From positions 19,966,001-20,030,000 of the forward strand of contig NC_087250.1 of the NCBI RefSeq assembly GCF_037042905.1: DNA of 64,000 nucleotides. The letters run 5' to 3'. Position 1 is the stretch's first letter; each line of letters begins with the position of its first letter. The position numbers and the translations under genes are program-made. The notes under the pieces are model-generated. The model worked only from the letters and a program-made list of their open reading frames with translations, made no database searches and had not been told where the DNA came from. Of this stretch, positions 12,158 through 26,915 are shown in pieces. The DNA comes from Lytechinus pictus (taxonomy: Eukaryota).

Positions 12158-13282
12158 TAAAAAAAAAATTAATGCCTCTTTTGTATTGAAAGTGCCTTTT
12201 TTATTAGAAGATTATTAGTTTTCAACCCACACTATGCTTGAGAAGGGGTTTGTATCAAGACAAAAAATATGGAGATATTTTATTTGGATCTAGGGTACCT
12301 GGGGAGATCTTCTTTAAGGGCTTGTCGGACATTTTATTTGAAGAGTCCTCTTTTCTCCAACAGTTACCATAGTAATAGTGCTCTCAGCAAATCGAAATCA
12401 GTGCAAGTTGTCAGATCTTAGAACTTGTCAGACGAAAATGTAGATGAAACATTCTGATCAAAACAAATTGACTTTATTTGTGAAGTACTTAGTTGCTAGT
12501 AGGGCTACTAAAAACAATAATTATGTAAAAACATTTCCGCAAGAGGATGCTGTTAGATATCAAATTTGGATTCGAATGGCTGATAAAACATTGAATGACC
12601 ACCACACTTTTGTAACATTGGAATGATCAAGGATACTAAAGTATGATTTACATTGATACTGATTCTTCACCAAATATTTACATATAGACTGGCTTGAAAA
12701 GGGGGAGTTGACAGAGCAAGTCTAAAGCTTTGGTATTGTCAGTATTATGTGTCATGTACTTGCTCTTTCGTCAAGTTTTCAGAAACTTTGAAAAAGTGGT
12801 ATCTGCACCTGTTGTCTTCAACATCACTTAATTTTGTCATGCGTGGCACAAATGGTACAAATTATAGGGTATCAATGGAAAGCTGATGAGTTCATATCCA
12901 TGCATAATAATTCCACAAAATTGAATATGATTCGAATACCTGTCCTCTAGATTTAGATTACTTTTTTCTGCAAGCGCAGACTAATATTTGACACTTTTTC
13001 CAATTATACTATGTCTAGAGTGAAGACTAGATGTAGATCAAACGCTGAACCCTCCGTAAGGCAGCCTCGGGACATATTGAATCCAGTCTTACTTCTTCAG
13101 ACTCATGGACCTGGCCAAGGAGGATTATCCATCATGACTGGGGGTGCTGTGACAATGCTCAGCACCCCCAGTAACAATAGAATAATCCTCCGTGGATAGG
13201 GCCCTGTTCAGACTCTGCATTTATATGCACTATGGGAATTGCAAAATAGGGTCTGTGCCTGCAGACTAGGCTCTAACAGTGA

Positions 13283-13474
<192 letters not shown>

Positions 13475-13480
13475 TAGCAA

Positions 13481-16080
13481 CAGTCAGTCCGCAAGCCCTG
13501 AAAAAGTAGCTTCTTTTATCCAAGTGATATTCATGACTAGAGGGTTTTTGCATAGTTAATGAGCTTGGTGCGAACCAAAACACCTTTTTATTCGGCCATT
13601 GCTGCTCTAAATGTTGACCAAATTTCATGTTTTTGGTATCTTTGTAAAGAAGAAGAATCATTCTTTCAGGTCATGTGTTTGGATTTTTAAAAGAATGTTA
13701 TAATATAGGAAAAACTTTTGATCTAAAACATGAAACAAAATTTTTTTTTTCATGCAACAAAAGTTGTTGTTTTCACACTTAATTTCTGTTTGGGCACAAA
13801 TGATTTTTAGATCATGATAAAGCTGAAGATCTAAGCTTTAATATGATATAATTTTTATAAGAAGATGTATTTTAGATGGGTCAGCAGCCAGCTTTTCATA
13901 GGCCAAGTACATTTTGCAGCTCAGAAACAAGAATACTGCGCTCTGATTGGTTATAGCATACCTGCCAACCATTCCGATTTTGGCGGAATTATACCGATTT
14001 TTATACCTCCATTCCGAATTCCGAATTTTAAAACCAAAATTCCGATTTTTGGGTTAATCAATATAGTGTTGAAATTATTGAAACGGCTGTATGATGCGAC
14101 TAAGGCATGCACGGCTCATATCAAGATGCGACTAACGCATAAACAACTGGAGCGCACGGCTACGCAAATGCGCTAGTTTTGCACAGAGCTAGAGAGCGAC
14201 GTTAAACGGCGCGCAAACACTGCTAAGTGCGCAGTTCCATTGTAAATTCATGTGAAAATAACGAGCGTACACGCTACGACCGCACTTAGCGTTGACTTCC
14301 GGAAAAAAATGGCGGCTGACATCGGCTCGCGAAAGTGCCAGTTTTTAGTGAGGACATGTTTTCATAATCCACGAACATCGGAAAAACCGTGAAAAATACA
14401 CTTTTTTAGACCCCTTGTTTCCTAACTACGATGTTAAAAATTACCGGTGGTGATATTTTTTACGCGAAATATGGTGATTTAGGTAAGAAAATTTCACCTT
14501 TTATTTGAGGTTTTGCCCATGTCGCCGGAAGATTTTGTAGTGAGGGAGTGAGTTAGTGAATGTGCAGTGTATGTCTAGTGTGTTTGGTGATTTCAGTGGT
14601 ATATTTCTGAGCTTCTGCGCTGCCTGCATGCTGCAGCTGCTGCCGAACGGCTTCACACCATACCCCCGCGCCGCCCGGCCAGCCGCGCACCGACGCTACT
14701 CTAAGTTAGATCTATCCCAACGCAATTTTAACATTGATCTGTACTTTATTTTTTGAATAGTTGTCAAATTTTTGAGGAAGAAAAGAGATTATCAAATTTC
14801 GATCTCAAGTTGAGCCTTCGGAACCGAACGCCAAATCTACTTGCTTCGCTTGCCTAAGCTCCCGGCGCCCGCCGAGTTGCTGCGCCTCAGCCTCCCCGTC
14901 TTAGCTCACCGGCGCACCGCAAGTGCGCATTGCGGGTCGGGCGCATTTTTGTCATGGCTGAAAATCGAAAATCTGCTCTCTTATACCAACAAGCACTTAT
15001 CCAATTTAGGTTTTGTCCTTAGTCAGTAACCCCTGTGCGGTGAAATAACATGAATATGATTGTCAATGTTTGGCTTATTTTCTCTTGATATACTAGTAGG
15101 CTGGATAAATGTTTGATTTTTTGGCACGTCAGTTTTTCATACAGTAAGTTAGGCCCAACTTAGATCTAAATTCATCATAAAAATAGGCCTATGCCTTGGC
15201 CCATAACTCAATTGAATTATTGAAATTAATTGTTTCTAATTAAAAAGAGAATCTGTGGAGATGAAGATCTGCATCAATCTCACTTTCCACCAATAGAGGG
15301 CTCTCAAAAATATATTCAAAATTAAAGTTTTTGAGAGCTCTGGTGAACATGAAAAATTCATAGATTTAAATGAAAAAAATCACACCTGCATGAAACTGGG
15401 TGTTTTTTGTCACAAAAGTGATATTTAAAGACCTTCTTTTAATTGACAAATGATATTAAATTACATAAAGGTAGATTATGTGGGTATATTTGCTTTAAAA
15501 AGTGTAGGGAAATGCGCTACTCTTACATGCTGAAAATGCAAAGAGCCCCTAGGCCTACCGTTAAAACGGGCCGGACACCCACTCGGTGCCCTCGTAGTAC
15601 TGATACTGATTTTTTATTATCAAAGGTTGGCAGGTATGTTATAGACTCCACACACCCACGCAAATTCCAATGTTCCCCACACTGGGCCTCTGCAAGGTCA
15701 CACTCACCATGTGGTAATCTTTTCAAATTACCCGCGCCTTTTTGTTTTGAAAACAGTATTCAGCCAATCAGAACTCTGGATTTTATGTTACTCAGAAATT
15801 TCTTGCATCTTGATGGAAAAAGCTGGCTGCTGACCCATCTAAAAGATGCCACATATCAAGAGTGACATTATGAGAAAGTATAGAGTTTGAGCTTTCTGAT
15901 GATGTAAATAATGTTGGTGCCTAAAACACAAAATGTTGCACAATTTGCAAGTGAAAACAGAGGAAGACAATTCTGTTTGATGCATCTTTTCAGGTAAAAA
16001 ATTCACTTATTTATCAAAATATTTCATTCAAAAGAAATGACCAATATAAAAGAGTAACATTTACTCTTGCGGACTGACTG
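13481..16080 (+). mobile_element. Academ-like non-autonomous DNA element carrying a nested insertion
   Basis: TIR cagtcagtccgcaag / cttgcggactgactg; 4-bp TSD gcaa; homologous to 59234-60317. Confidence 0.7.
13957..15638. mobile_element. Non-autonomous TIR element with 6-bp TSD (hAT-like)
   Basis: Perfect 14-bp TIR catacctgccaacc / ggttggcaggtatg; ttatag on both flanks; the homologous host site near 59700-59720 is empty. Confidence 0.8.
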
Positions 16081-16969
16081 GCAATGGAGTGCTGTAGCTT
16101 GAAAAAGAAACCTGGGGTGGTATTCTGGAACACTGTCATAACTTTTGTCATAAATTTTGTCATTTTTCTCTGAGATGTGACATCGCTATGATTGTCACAA
16201 ATCGGTATTCTGAACAATGTCTTTTCCCTGTCATATCCCTCTAAGTATCTGCCCATTTTCTAGGAGGCAAACCAATCAAAATCTCCATTAGTTCCAAGTC
16301 AGAGCCCTTCTAACCAATAGGAAGGCCCGATGGCACGGAGGGTATATCCTCAATACAGTAGTTGGCATTGCGCAACTGCGCGTATATTGATGTGCCAATA
16401 CTTACATGTATAAAGAGAGACAGGGAGCCGAGAAGGAATTTTAGAAGAGAAGTAGAAAAAAAAACGAAAAACAGAGAAGAGGATGATACTATGTAAGGAC
16501 TAACTACTTAAAGCATATAAAAAAAATTGTCTCTGAAAATAATCATGGATGATGAGGGAAACTATAACAACAATCTAATCTAAATAATATCACTGTATGC
16601 TTGACATACATGTATACTCGTCATGGTATCGGAATTTTATGGTACTAAAAGAAATGAAAAAATTTAGGACTGTTATACCCTTTCATAAACTTTATCAGAT
16701 CTTTTGCTTGTATATTGGGATTATGCGCATATATGAACTGCATATTTTTTGTGCTTGCTATTAAAGGCAAGAGACAAAATCTATGACAATTTTTGTGACA
16801 AAAGTTATGCCATCCACCAGAATACCGATTCTGTCATCTCTGAGAAAAGAAAAAATATGGAGAAAAGACAATGTTCAGAACAAAGGTCCCAGGGTCCTAT
16901 CCAAATAAAAATCATTGCGCTAGATTCAAACTCAAATTGTGAGTGCTCTGATGTACCCATATCTCTTAA

Positions 16970-17696
16970 CCCTAACTAGGCCGGGCTTTTTTGGCTGCTC
17001 TGTGGCCGGGGGGGGGGGGGGGGGGGAGATCTCGGCCGCCAATCGCGCGAGCGCCGCAAAAATTTGCACGCTGGTAGTGTACAATGTAATCTACAAGGCT
17101 GTATGGTAAAATTTTCCAAAATAATGAGATTTTATTTTATATGAATTAATTATGCTAATTTATGCATAAATCATACTTTTTGCTCTAATTCACTAAATAA
17201 AGCTCCTAAAATGCTAATTTTTGGTAAAAATATTCTTTGTAGCATTCTTAACAATCGCAATTGAAAAAAACTTCGGTTTGAAAATCACTTTCTTATGTAT
17301 TTTATTGTTTTTCAACCTTTTGTTTTTCTTTGTTTTTTTCACCAGCTTTATTGCACAACCTTTTTGAAGCATAATTATGCTAAAATCAATTGATTTCAGC
17401 TGTTTAAAGCAAAAATAATCATATCTTTATGAATAAGATGAGAAAACTCAATTTGCATTGACTTTGTACACAAAATCACGTTTTGGAACAATTTTTGGTC
17501 TGACATGCACTTACGAAATGTTGCGTAATTTCGGAACCACGTATCCGGGCGTCGCAAATTTGGTCTCAAAAGATGCACTTAAAAGTATAAACTCTGTGAG
17601 TGGCGCGGTCAAAAAAATTCGCGCGGTGGAATGATCGCAGAAAATGTTTAGGGGGGCTTTATTAAACCCCCCCCCCCCCCCCCGGTCAGTTTAGGG
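16970..17696. mobile_element. piggyBac-like non-autonomous element
   Basis: TTAA|ccctaa ... ttaggg|TTAA. Confidence 0.75.
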
Positions 17697-18014
17697 TTAA
17701 AGTCCTGTTTGGGTTTTCATGAATCCCATAAGTGTGCCAGTTACTGTTTCAGTTCATTGGACAAGTATGCAATGCATCCATTATAGTATGGCATAGTGTG
17801 GATGATATGGAATAAAAGCAGTTGATGTATTGTATGATTGTACTGGAATATTAATTTGATGAGATATGAAATATGAATCCAATGCAAATTCTGTTTCTAA
17901 TCCGAATTCATGAGTGTACGCTAGCTACATGTATACTGATGTCAACATACAGAGAGGTAAAATATTTTAAAGAAATCAGACTTTGACAATTTCTCTCTTT
18001 CTTTCTCAATGTAA

Positions 18015-18428
<414 letters not shown>

Positions 18429-18635
18429 TATTCCTGTTCATGATAGCTTTTAAATGCGTGATTGTATTGCCTGCCTAATATGTGTCCTGCCTTCCATTGA
18501 AAACTGCTATGGATTCTTGATTTGATTAATTATTTTATGACTTCTATTTACTAATGTACATCAAACACAGTAACAAAGATATGCATGTAGGTATTTACAT
18601 GTAAGAGGCCAACTCATTATTCAACAGTTTTGATG

Positions 18636-18666
18636 AATAAAAAGAAAATAAAACACTACAAATAAA
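18636..18666 (+). promoter_or_regulatory. Cluster of AATAAA, candidate proximal polyadenylation signals of LIX1L
   Basis: AATAAA at 18636, 18647 and 18661, about 210 nt after the stop. AT-rich context makes this weak evidence. Confidence 0.3.
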
Positions 18667-20031
18667 AGTCATAAATTTCTTTGATACCTTACCTCCGATT
18701 TGGATAGAATTTACATTTCAGTATTTTTTTTTATTGTATCAGTTTGTTGCTGGTATGAATTTTACCTTCAATACTTGTAGTTGGTAAACCAAAGTTAAAA
18801 CAAAGATTGAAAGACTGAGTACACTTTTTAAAAGGCTCATTGCCCTTTTGGCTGCCAGCCCCCCCCCCCTCAAAAAAAAGAAAACCTTGATATTTTTAGT
18901 ACTGTAAGTATTTTTGTCACAGTACTAATTAACATTTATATGTACAAGTACTTTCAAGACATTATTAAAACAATGTACATGCACAAACTTTCTCCAGCTA
19001 AACATACATTCAATGAATAAAATGAACTTGCCTATGTATGAAACATGACTTTGTTCACTGCACTTTTTAGGATTGTGACTTAAGATATTAAAACAAAATA
19101 TGTTTTGACCTTATCTCTACACAAACGCACAACTTTTGCAAATGGGTTTTCTCCTTTCAAGCAATTTGAACTGCACTGTGGTATTTGGGGTTGATTTGGA
19201 CAATAAAACATAAAGCTTGGATTACTTGTCTTTTGAGCAATGTTATCACCCCATTATGTTTTAAATATATTTTCAATATTTTGAAAACACATCTCTTATT
19301 TTGGATACAGATAAGGAGAAAAATGTTTAGTACAATGAACTGTGCTGAACATATGCATGTAGTACTTAAGATAAAAAACAATCACTATGGATAATGTGAC
19401 CAAATTATTTTTCACTTTCGTATTCCAAGTTGTGAGGCGAAATTCAAGAAGCTTATTATTAAACAATTTTTATTGTATTCATAACTGGTTCCTGAGACTC
19501 ACTAAGTTGAAGGAATGGCATAGATTTTTTTCTACTTCCATCAAAGTGCATGTACTATATGGGTCGTAGCCTTAGGTGAATCTTACTGCGCTATAAACGC
19601 CATTCTTTATACATATATTATTTGGGATTGCACAAGAGAACATGGACATTATAATCAGATTTGGCCAGTGACATTGGAGGAAATGTTAGGAATGAAGATG
19701 GTTGTGGGAGCTACTTCACTGCATCATAAGTGAAATTTTTATCATTTTCAAAATATGTATTCAAGAAGCAAGCTTTGATTATGTCAGCAAACTATACGAT
19801 AAGAAAAAAAAATGGCATGCTTAATACCTGTTATTTACTCATTGAAATTCTGTTTCTGTTTATGGTAACTCCGGTAGGAACTTGGGAGGACAGCTTTTTG
19901 CTGGTAAATGCCAAGCTGGTATATAATCAATTACCTAGGAAACATTTTACGTCTAGGTTTATCAGTCATAGTGGCTGACGTTATAGATGACAGATATCAC
20001 TCTCGGGTCTTTTTATCAAAGTGGAGACAAT

Positions 20032-20097
20032 GACAGAGTGGGGATTTGAACTCACAACCTTGCGATTATGAGTCCAATGCTCTAACCACTGGACCAC
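20032..20097 (-). mobile_element. Degenerate tRNA-derived SINE head (CAT anticodon-like loop)
   Basis: Minus strand gtggtccagtggttagagcattggactcataatcgcaaggttgtgagttcaaatc. Confidence 0.55.
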
Positions 20098-20190
20098 TCC
20101 ATCATTTGTCATTACGATTTGCTTTGTTAGGTGCATACGAATTGTCATGTTGATCTGTATGTGAATTCAAGTCAAAACATTTATGTTAAA

Positions 20191-20840
20191 TTGAAGGTTG
20201 TGGAGCTTGAATGTTGATACATTGGCCCCATCTCATAAAGAGATACGATTGATCCGATCATCTTAAACTATATGGAAATCCAACAATATCATAATTGAAA
20301 GTTGTGGAGCTTGAATGTTAATACATGGGCCCCGTCTCATAAAGACTTACAATTGATCTGATCATCTTAAACTATATGGAAATCCAACAATGTCATAATT
20401 TTTCTCCAGAAAATTTGCATGATTGCCTTTGTAAGCAAAGAGAAGCATATTGAATTTTATTAAAAGAAAAAATGAATGTATGATTATACATCACATCTAG
20501 AAAATATTTTGAACAAACGTGCATTTTAGATGTTGATGTTGCTGGCTTTTCATAGTTGTAGTTGATCGGATTAACCGTAACTCTTTGTAAGACAGGCCCC
20601 GTGGGCCCCGTTGTACAAAGAGTTACGATTGATCCAATCAATCGTAACTATGGAAAGCCAGCAAAGTCAACATATGAAATGCATGTTTGTTCAAAAAAAA
20701 TTCTAGATATGACTCCATATCCATAAATTCATTGATTTCTTGACAATTTGGGGTGTTCTCCTTTGATTACAAAGGACATTTTGCAAATTTCCTGTAGAAA
20801 AAATTATAACACTGATGGATTTCCATAGAGTTACGATTGA
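20191..20840. mobile_element. Cluster of GGCCCC-ended Harbinger-like MITEs with an approximately 104-bp tandem duplication
   Basis: 20191-20295 is repeated at 20296-20400; full MITE about 20327-20600 is followed by a truncated inverted copy. Family also at 54864-55076 (TSD cag) and 62127-62396 (TSD ctg). Confidence 0.65.
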
Positions 20841-21418
20841 TATATACATTGCAGCATAATGATACTGTAGGATATTACTACATGTAAGATGTGTATTGCA
20901 ATATCACCTTCCATTTCCCATGAACCTGTATTCCACCCAGTTTCATTTTTTCCCCTTCAAATATTTATTACATGTAGAATAAGGATTCTACCACAAGTGC
21001 TTTAGAATATAAAGTGTTTTTCTTGAACCGTTTTATTTAGTTATTTAATGTTGTGTGTTTCTTCATAAAATTGTAAACAACTCTTACAATTAAAGTTCAT
21101 TGTATGTTATGATGATTTATTAATTTCCTAAGTTTGTAATTAGATTTAAGCAATATACTGTTTTTCATTTGTATCGTTTTTATTTAACATCATAAGTTTT
21201 TGAAAATGCATAAATTTTATGAGTGTATATTTTATGTACTGTATGTTGAGCACACTCAGCATCCCATGCCCCAAAAGTTAGATATATATATATTAGGCAA
21301 TTATAGTAACTTTGACCAGGATTTTGAAATTAGCATCACTGATAATAGCTGCTACTTCAATGATAATTGCAATAGTTTCAGTCACATTCAGTTGACCAGG
21401 GCCCCGTCTTACAGTTAA

Positions 21419-22002
21419 AGGAGAATGAAACCCTTGAAACCAGCTGAATCCATATCAAAGAGAAAAATCAAAGAAACATATTGTTGAAAGTTTGAGGAAG
21501 ATTGAATGAATAATAAGAAAGTTATGAACATTTGAATATTGAGATCACTAATGCCATGTAGTTCCTCCCATTGGCAATGCGACCAAGATCTGTGATGTCA
21601 CACTCGTACAACTCCCTCATTACTTGAGTACTTATTTCACTTATATTCTCACTTTTATAGAGTCTATCACAAGGTGAGGTGTTCTCTTTATGAGAGGGCA
21701 AGTACAGAGGTTTCACAACATTATATCATTGATGAATTGTTTGTCATATGATTAGAATGAGCAAAAAGAGATGTTTTGGGGTATATTTTCAGTGTCAAAA
21801 AGGGGAGAGTTGTTCATCTGTGACATCATAGATCTTGGTCGCATTGCCAATGGGAGGATCTCCATAGCATTAGTGATCTCGACATTTGAATGCTCATAAC
21901 TCTTCTATTGCTAGTCCTATTTTACTCAAACTTTTGTTGATCTTATTCTTTGATTTTTCTGCTTTCACAAAAGCTAACTTGCTCCAAGAGTTTCATTCTC
22001 CT
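21419..22002 (+). mobile_element. Kolobok-like TTAA element with long imperfect TIRs
   Basis: TTAA|aggagaatgaaa...tttcattctcct|TTAA; near-identical copies at 28480-29063 (inverted) and 46139-46721. Confidence 0.85.
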
Positions 22003-25000
22003 TTAATGATTGCAGGATTAATGCAATATTTACATTTGTAGCTCTAGGGGACTTTTAAAAATGTTAAAAATAGGTTTTTGATTACTTTTCTCTTTTCTTT
22101 GCACCTCACTCATCAGTATTCAAGAAAACTGCTGTATTTTTAAAGGGTGCCAAACTCGAGGAGAATATTCCTGCAGATGTGTGTGGGGTTTTAATATGTA
22201 TTTAAAGTTATTTGATTAATTTCAATCCTGTTATTGACATTGAAAGTGATGCTTGTATTCAGAAATATTTTGGACAATATTAATTTTTAAAAGTAAGATG
22301 CAAATAGATGATTATTGGGTTAAAACCATCATTCCATCACCAATAATCAATATGTCGCTGTGGTTCAAGGCCTGTGGTATATTCATTGAATTCGATGAAG
22401 GTAGCGAAGTCACTAACGTTCCCATTTCACGCGCATTCAGTGAATGGCATAACAGTACTTGAAGTACCACCTTGATTTAGTAGTGCTACATGTACATCAC
22501 ATGATAGCAGTATGAGACAGGAGTCATTTTACAATTCATTCTTACATTGTGTAGCACTGAGGAAGATTGAGGTGCCACTCGGCGGACTGTATACTTCTAC
22601 TTTTTCAAATTAGATTAGTATAATGTTATTCACTCTTTGTCAATGATGACTTGACATGAAGTCATATACAGTATTGTAAATTCATTGTTATACCACACTT
22701 CTATTACATTTCATCAAGATTTTTTTCTCTATTTAATTGCCAAATTTTGTGAATTTATATATCTTTTCTTGTATGGTACGTGTGAAGAAACAATGCTTGT
22801 ACATATCCTGCTTGCCTTTGCTATATAATGTGTACAAAATTAAGGTTCATTGGTATTGTTTCAAATCAATATTTTTCTCTTAAGTTATTATATTCTAACA
22901 AATCTATATGTACTATTTTCTGCTGTATGATATTTGTATTTTAAGCTTGAGCTTATTGTATTCTTTCACTTTGCATAATTTTGTGGACCTGGTTACACAA
23001 ATATTTGCTATTGATTGCTTTACTGCAGTGGCCAATCAGGGTCATTGTTGCATGAACACTTTGTTCATAAGGTTCACCAAGAACCAATCAGAATGGTACT
23101 TTCTTATTAGCAATCCATCACAAATATCTGTGTTACCGGGCCATTGTGTGTGCACATCATATGTTCTCCATTTGAATTGGATTTTATTATTTAGCATTGG
23201 AGTGGTTTTGGTGGAAGTACGGTTATTGTACAGAGAGAATTAAAACTAATTTGAAGAAGCTACAACTGGTTATTCAACAGGCTTCAGTTTCATTTTATAT
23301 GGTCTGAATTGTGTTTGGCCATTATGGGAAAAGCACTATATAAAAATAGCTATTATTATTATTATCAATATTATTATTTTTATGGAAGTTTCAGCCATCA
23401 GTCATGCATGTAAATTGGATGATTTAACTAAATAGGTATGTACAAAAATATATATTAGGGGCTATAGGTCTATAGGCCTACAGGAGGAGTAAGAGAGGAT
23501 GTGGGAAGGGGAGAGAGGGGATTAAAAACTCTTAGTATTAGGAAAATCAGAGAGGGGGTTCATAAGAATGGAGTATCACATATGGAGAGAATGAGAAGCA
23601 CATACTGTATATAACCACTTTACATATATACAAAGTGGTTAGGATTTATTTTTGTATATCGTTTTTAGTGTCGTTTATGAGTTGTAAATTCCCTGGTCCA
23701 TTCCACACCAAAAACTGAAAAACGAAAGAAAGTAATACTAGACTTGTACCATATCAGAAAGGGCATGAAAGAAATGTTAGCGTTATAAGTGCTCATTGTA
23801 AGCTCACAATTTTTTACGTTGAATTTCTATCTGTAATATTGCGAGCAAGCATGCAGAGCAAGAGAGCACAAACTTACGGGCTGAAGGATCTTCACTTAGA
23901 ACATGTAGAAAGAATTACATATCAATTTGTTTATATTTAGCAAGTTTGACTTAAATAAAAATTCTTACTTCTTGAGACTCCCGATAAGGATAAATGGAAG
24001 CACTGGATGGAATAATGAGAAGAGAATGGATTGTGACCGAAAATGAAAAATAGAAAATGTAATAAATACTGAAAAATGGACTATTAAGAAATTATTGGAG
24101 AAATCTCAGGAATGATAATAGGCCCTGGCGTACAGATAGGGAGCAATATGGACCCAAAATGTTCAAAACCAAGAATAAAAAAGAAAAAAGGGAAAGAAAA
24201 TGAAAGGAAAAGAGTAAAACATGTATAATTTTAAGAACATTTTTATGTAAAAATCTATCAGAAGATGAGATTTTGGTATTAAAAAAATGTCGAAAATTTT
24301 TGCTCGTTCTCAATCTTCATCGCTCACTCGCAGGTTAATTTTTAGAAATTTTGCACCGAACGCCATGCCTGGCCTCCTCAATTTTTGGGGGCTCATTATG
24401 CGCTACTAATAATAGGAGAAGCCAAAGGACTATATAGAAAGAGAGAAGGTTAAAAGGTATAGACGAGAGAGATGGATAGGGTCCCCCGCAGTGATTTTCC
24501 CGTCAGTACCCGACGCGAGAGGGCAGTATACCGTAGTCGTCAGTCGTCAGAATTGTAAACTGCTTTGACACCATGGACTATTATATAACAATTCATTTCC
24601 CCGACGGTTTTATATTTTTCCTGAAGCGGGCAGGGAAAATATTATCCCGAGTAAAAAATATAACTTCTGAGGGGAATTCAAATATTATTTATTAAACAGA
24701 TATACCCGAAATCCCAAAATGTCTCTCAAGCACGGACAAGGGATGTTTATTTGTGATATATTTTTATCTCGTAAAATTATAAAATGGGATTTACCAGAAT
24801 GTATTCACACTACGCAGGGGCGGAACCAGGGGTTTGTTTTAGAGGGGGGCATTTTGTACAGGAAATCTGATACCCCCCCCCCCCCTCAAAAAAAAAGAAG
24901 GTCACTATACCAAATCGAAGTTATTAATTGTTCCAGGAAAAATTTGACAAGCAAAAAAAAAAAGGGAAAAAAAGAATGAAAGGTCCTCACTTGACTATGC

Positions 25001-26305
25001 ATCTCAAAGGGGGGGGGGCACAGGCCGGATGTGCCCCCACCCCCTGGATCCGCCACTTAGACTGCTCCTCCGACAGGAAAACAAAATTGATCGAGGGCCG
25101 GCAGACAAATAAATCAAGTGATATTTTAGGATAACAATGAGAGGGCTATAGGAGAGCGGGGGGATGCAAGTAGGCCTATACTTGTGATAGAAAGAGAGAG
25201 CGAGAAAAGGTGGTGAGAGAAACAAATAAAGAATTAGATGACAGAGAGAAGTGGTTAGATGAAAATGGGGGCTTAATTATAGGGCTCAGATTTCCAATGA
25301 GTGCCAAATTTTGATATCTATATCGCCCTATTTTGTTACATTATCTTGCTCCCATTTTTTTTACATGATACAAACCATTACGGAAAAATCTTTTTTTTTT
25401 TCACACTTTAATTTTTATTTATTCATTTATCTATATTGTGTGTGTGGGGGGAGGGGAGGAGGGGGTAAGTTTTGATTACCAATACAGGCCTATTAGGTCT
25501 GTATATATAGCAACTCTCACGGGCCAATGTATTTCTCTTTATTTTGCGCATTGACGTTACCTTTAAAATCACATCGACAATCGTGCCATACATTTCGTCT
25601 GATTATTCAGTTTAAAAAATATTTAGTCTTCTCTTTCGGTCATCTGGACGTCAGTTCTCGTATTACATTCTCTTTTATATTCTTTAACGATTAAAATAAG
25701 AATTAAAACTTGGGCATACGTGATATTTTTCATTGAGCATATTTGTTGGTTTATATTAAATTTTGGGCTAGATTTTCACTATTAACACGAAAACACCAAA
25801 AGTGTATTACTTTCTTTTCAAGGAATTCGATTTGACTGAACGCAAAATGCACGATAATTAAGGGGTGATAGTCAAATTGCGGGAGCATCCCTGCATGGGT
25901 TCCCGACATAGAGTTATATAAACCTAAACACGTATTTAACTCTATGGTTCCAGAGCCCCCTTCCTCTCCAGAACTCTAATAACTGCATGTACCTTTTACA
26001 CCTTTCAATCGCAAATATTGAGGATCTTTCGAGCAATTTCAATTTGCAGGGGCGGATCCAGGTGAATTCCTGAAAGGGGGGGGGGGGGGGGAGCGCAGCT
26101 GTGCCCCAAAAAAGTCTCCATGTACCAGATCGAATAATGATGATCTATGTAACGAAAAATTAGACCCCCAAAAAGGCTCTCAAAGGGAGGCCGCGGCGGG
26201 AGTACGGCTGATCCATCTGGCCGATCATACACTACTTTCAATTTAGAAATTACAAAGAACTGCCCCACCTACAGAATTCTTCATGATCTTTCTCCCCGGG
26301 CCCGA

Positions 26306-26318
26306 TTTTATTTATTTA

Positions 26319-26377
<59 letters not shown>

Positions 26378-26530
26378 ATTTATTTATTTATTTATTTATT
26401 TAGTTATTCTTTTATTTATTTATTCATTTATTTATTTATTTTTATTATTCATTTATTTTTTTATTATTCATTTATTTATTATTTATTTATTTATATTTAT
26501 TTATTTATTCACTAATTTATTATTCATTTT
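26306..26530. repeat. (TATT)n/(TA)n microsatellite
   Basis: Read directly from the sequence. Confidence 0.9.
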
Positions 26531-26775
26531 CTTTTGGGTGCATTATATAACGTGCATGCAGATCTATATCCTGGATCTATATATTTTAGGCTTAATCTGT
26601 GAGTCAAGTTCCAGCGACCTCTGACCTTTTATTCTAATACCACCCCCCTCCTGGCGAGGTTCACAACTAGTATGCTATTTGTTGATCTTGTGTAGGGAAA
26701 CATGAGGAATTAAGTTGAAATCATAATATATATAGAACACAATTTTTTGCTCATTTTGTTTTGCTTCTGTCCTTT

Positions 26776-26835
26776 TCTTCTTCTTCCTCTTCTTCCTCTT
26801 CTTCTTCCTCTTCTTCTTCCTCTTCTTCTTCTTCC

Positions 26836-26868
<33 letters not shown>

Positions 26869-26915
26869 TCTTCTTCTTCTTCTTCCTCTTCTTTTTTTCT
26901 TCTTCTTCTTCTTCT
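26776..26915. repeat. (TCT/TCC)n microsatellite
   Basis: Read directly from the sequence. Confidence 0.9.

Noticed and set aside
21522..21716. 64-aa ORF recurring three times (also 28766 and 46242)
   Set aside because: Lies in a palindromic non-autonomous element, uses a non-ATG start and shows no transposase motif.
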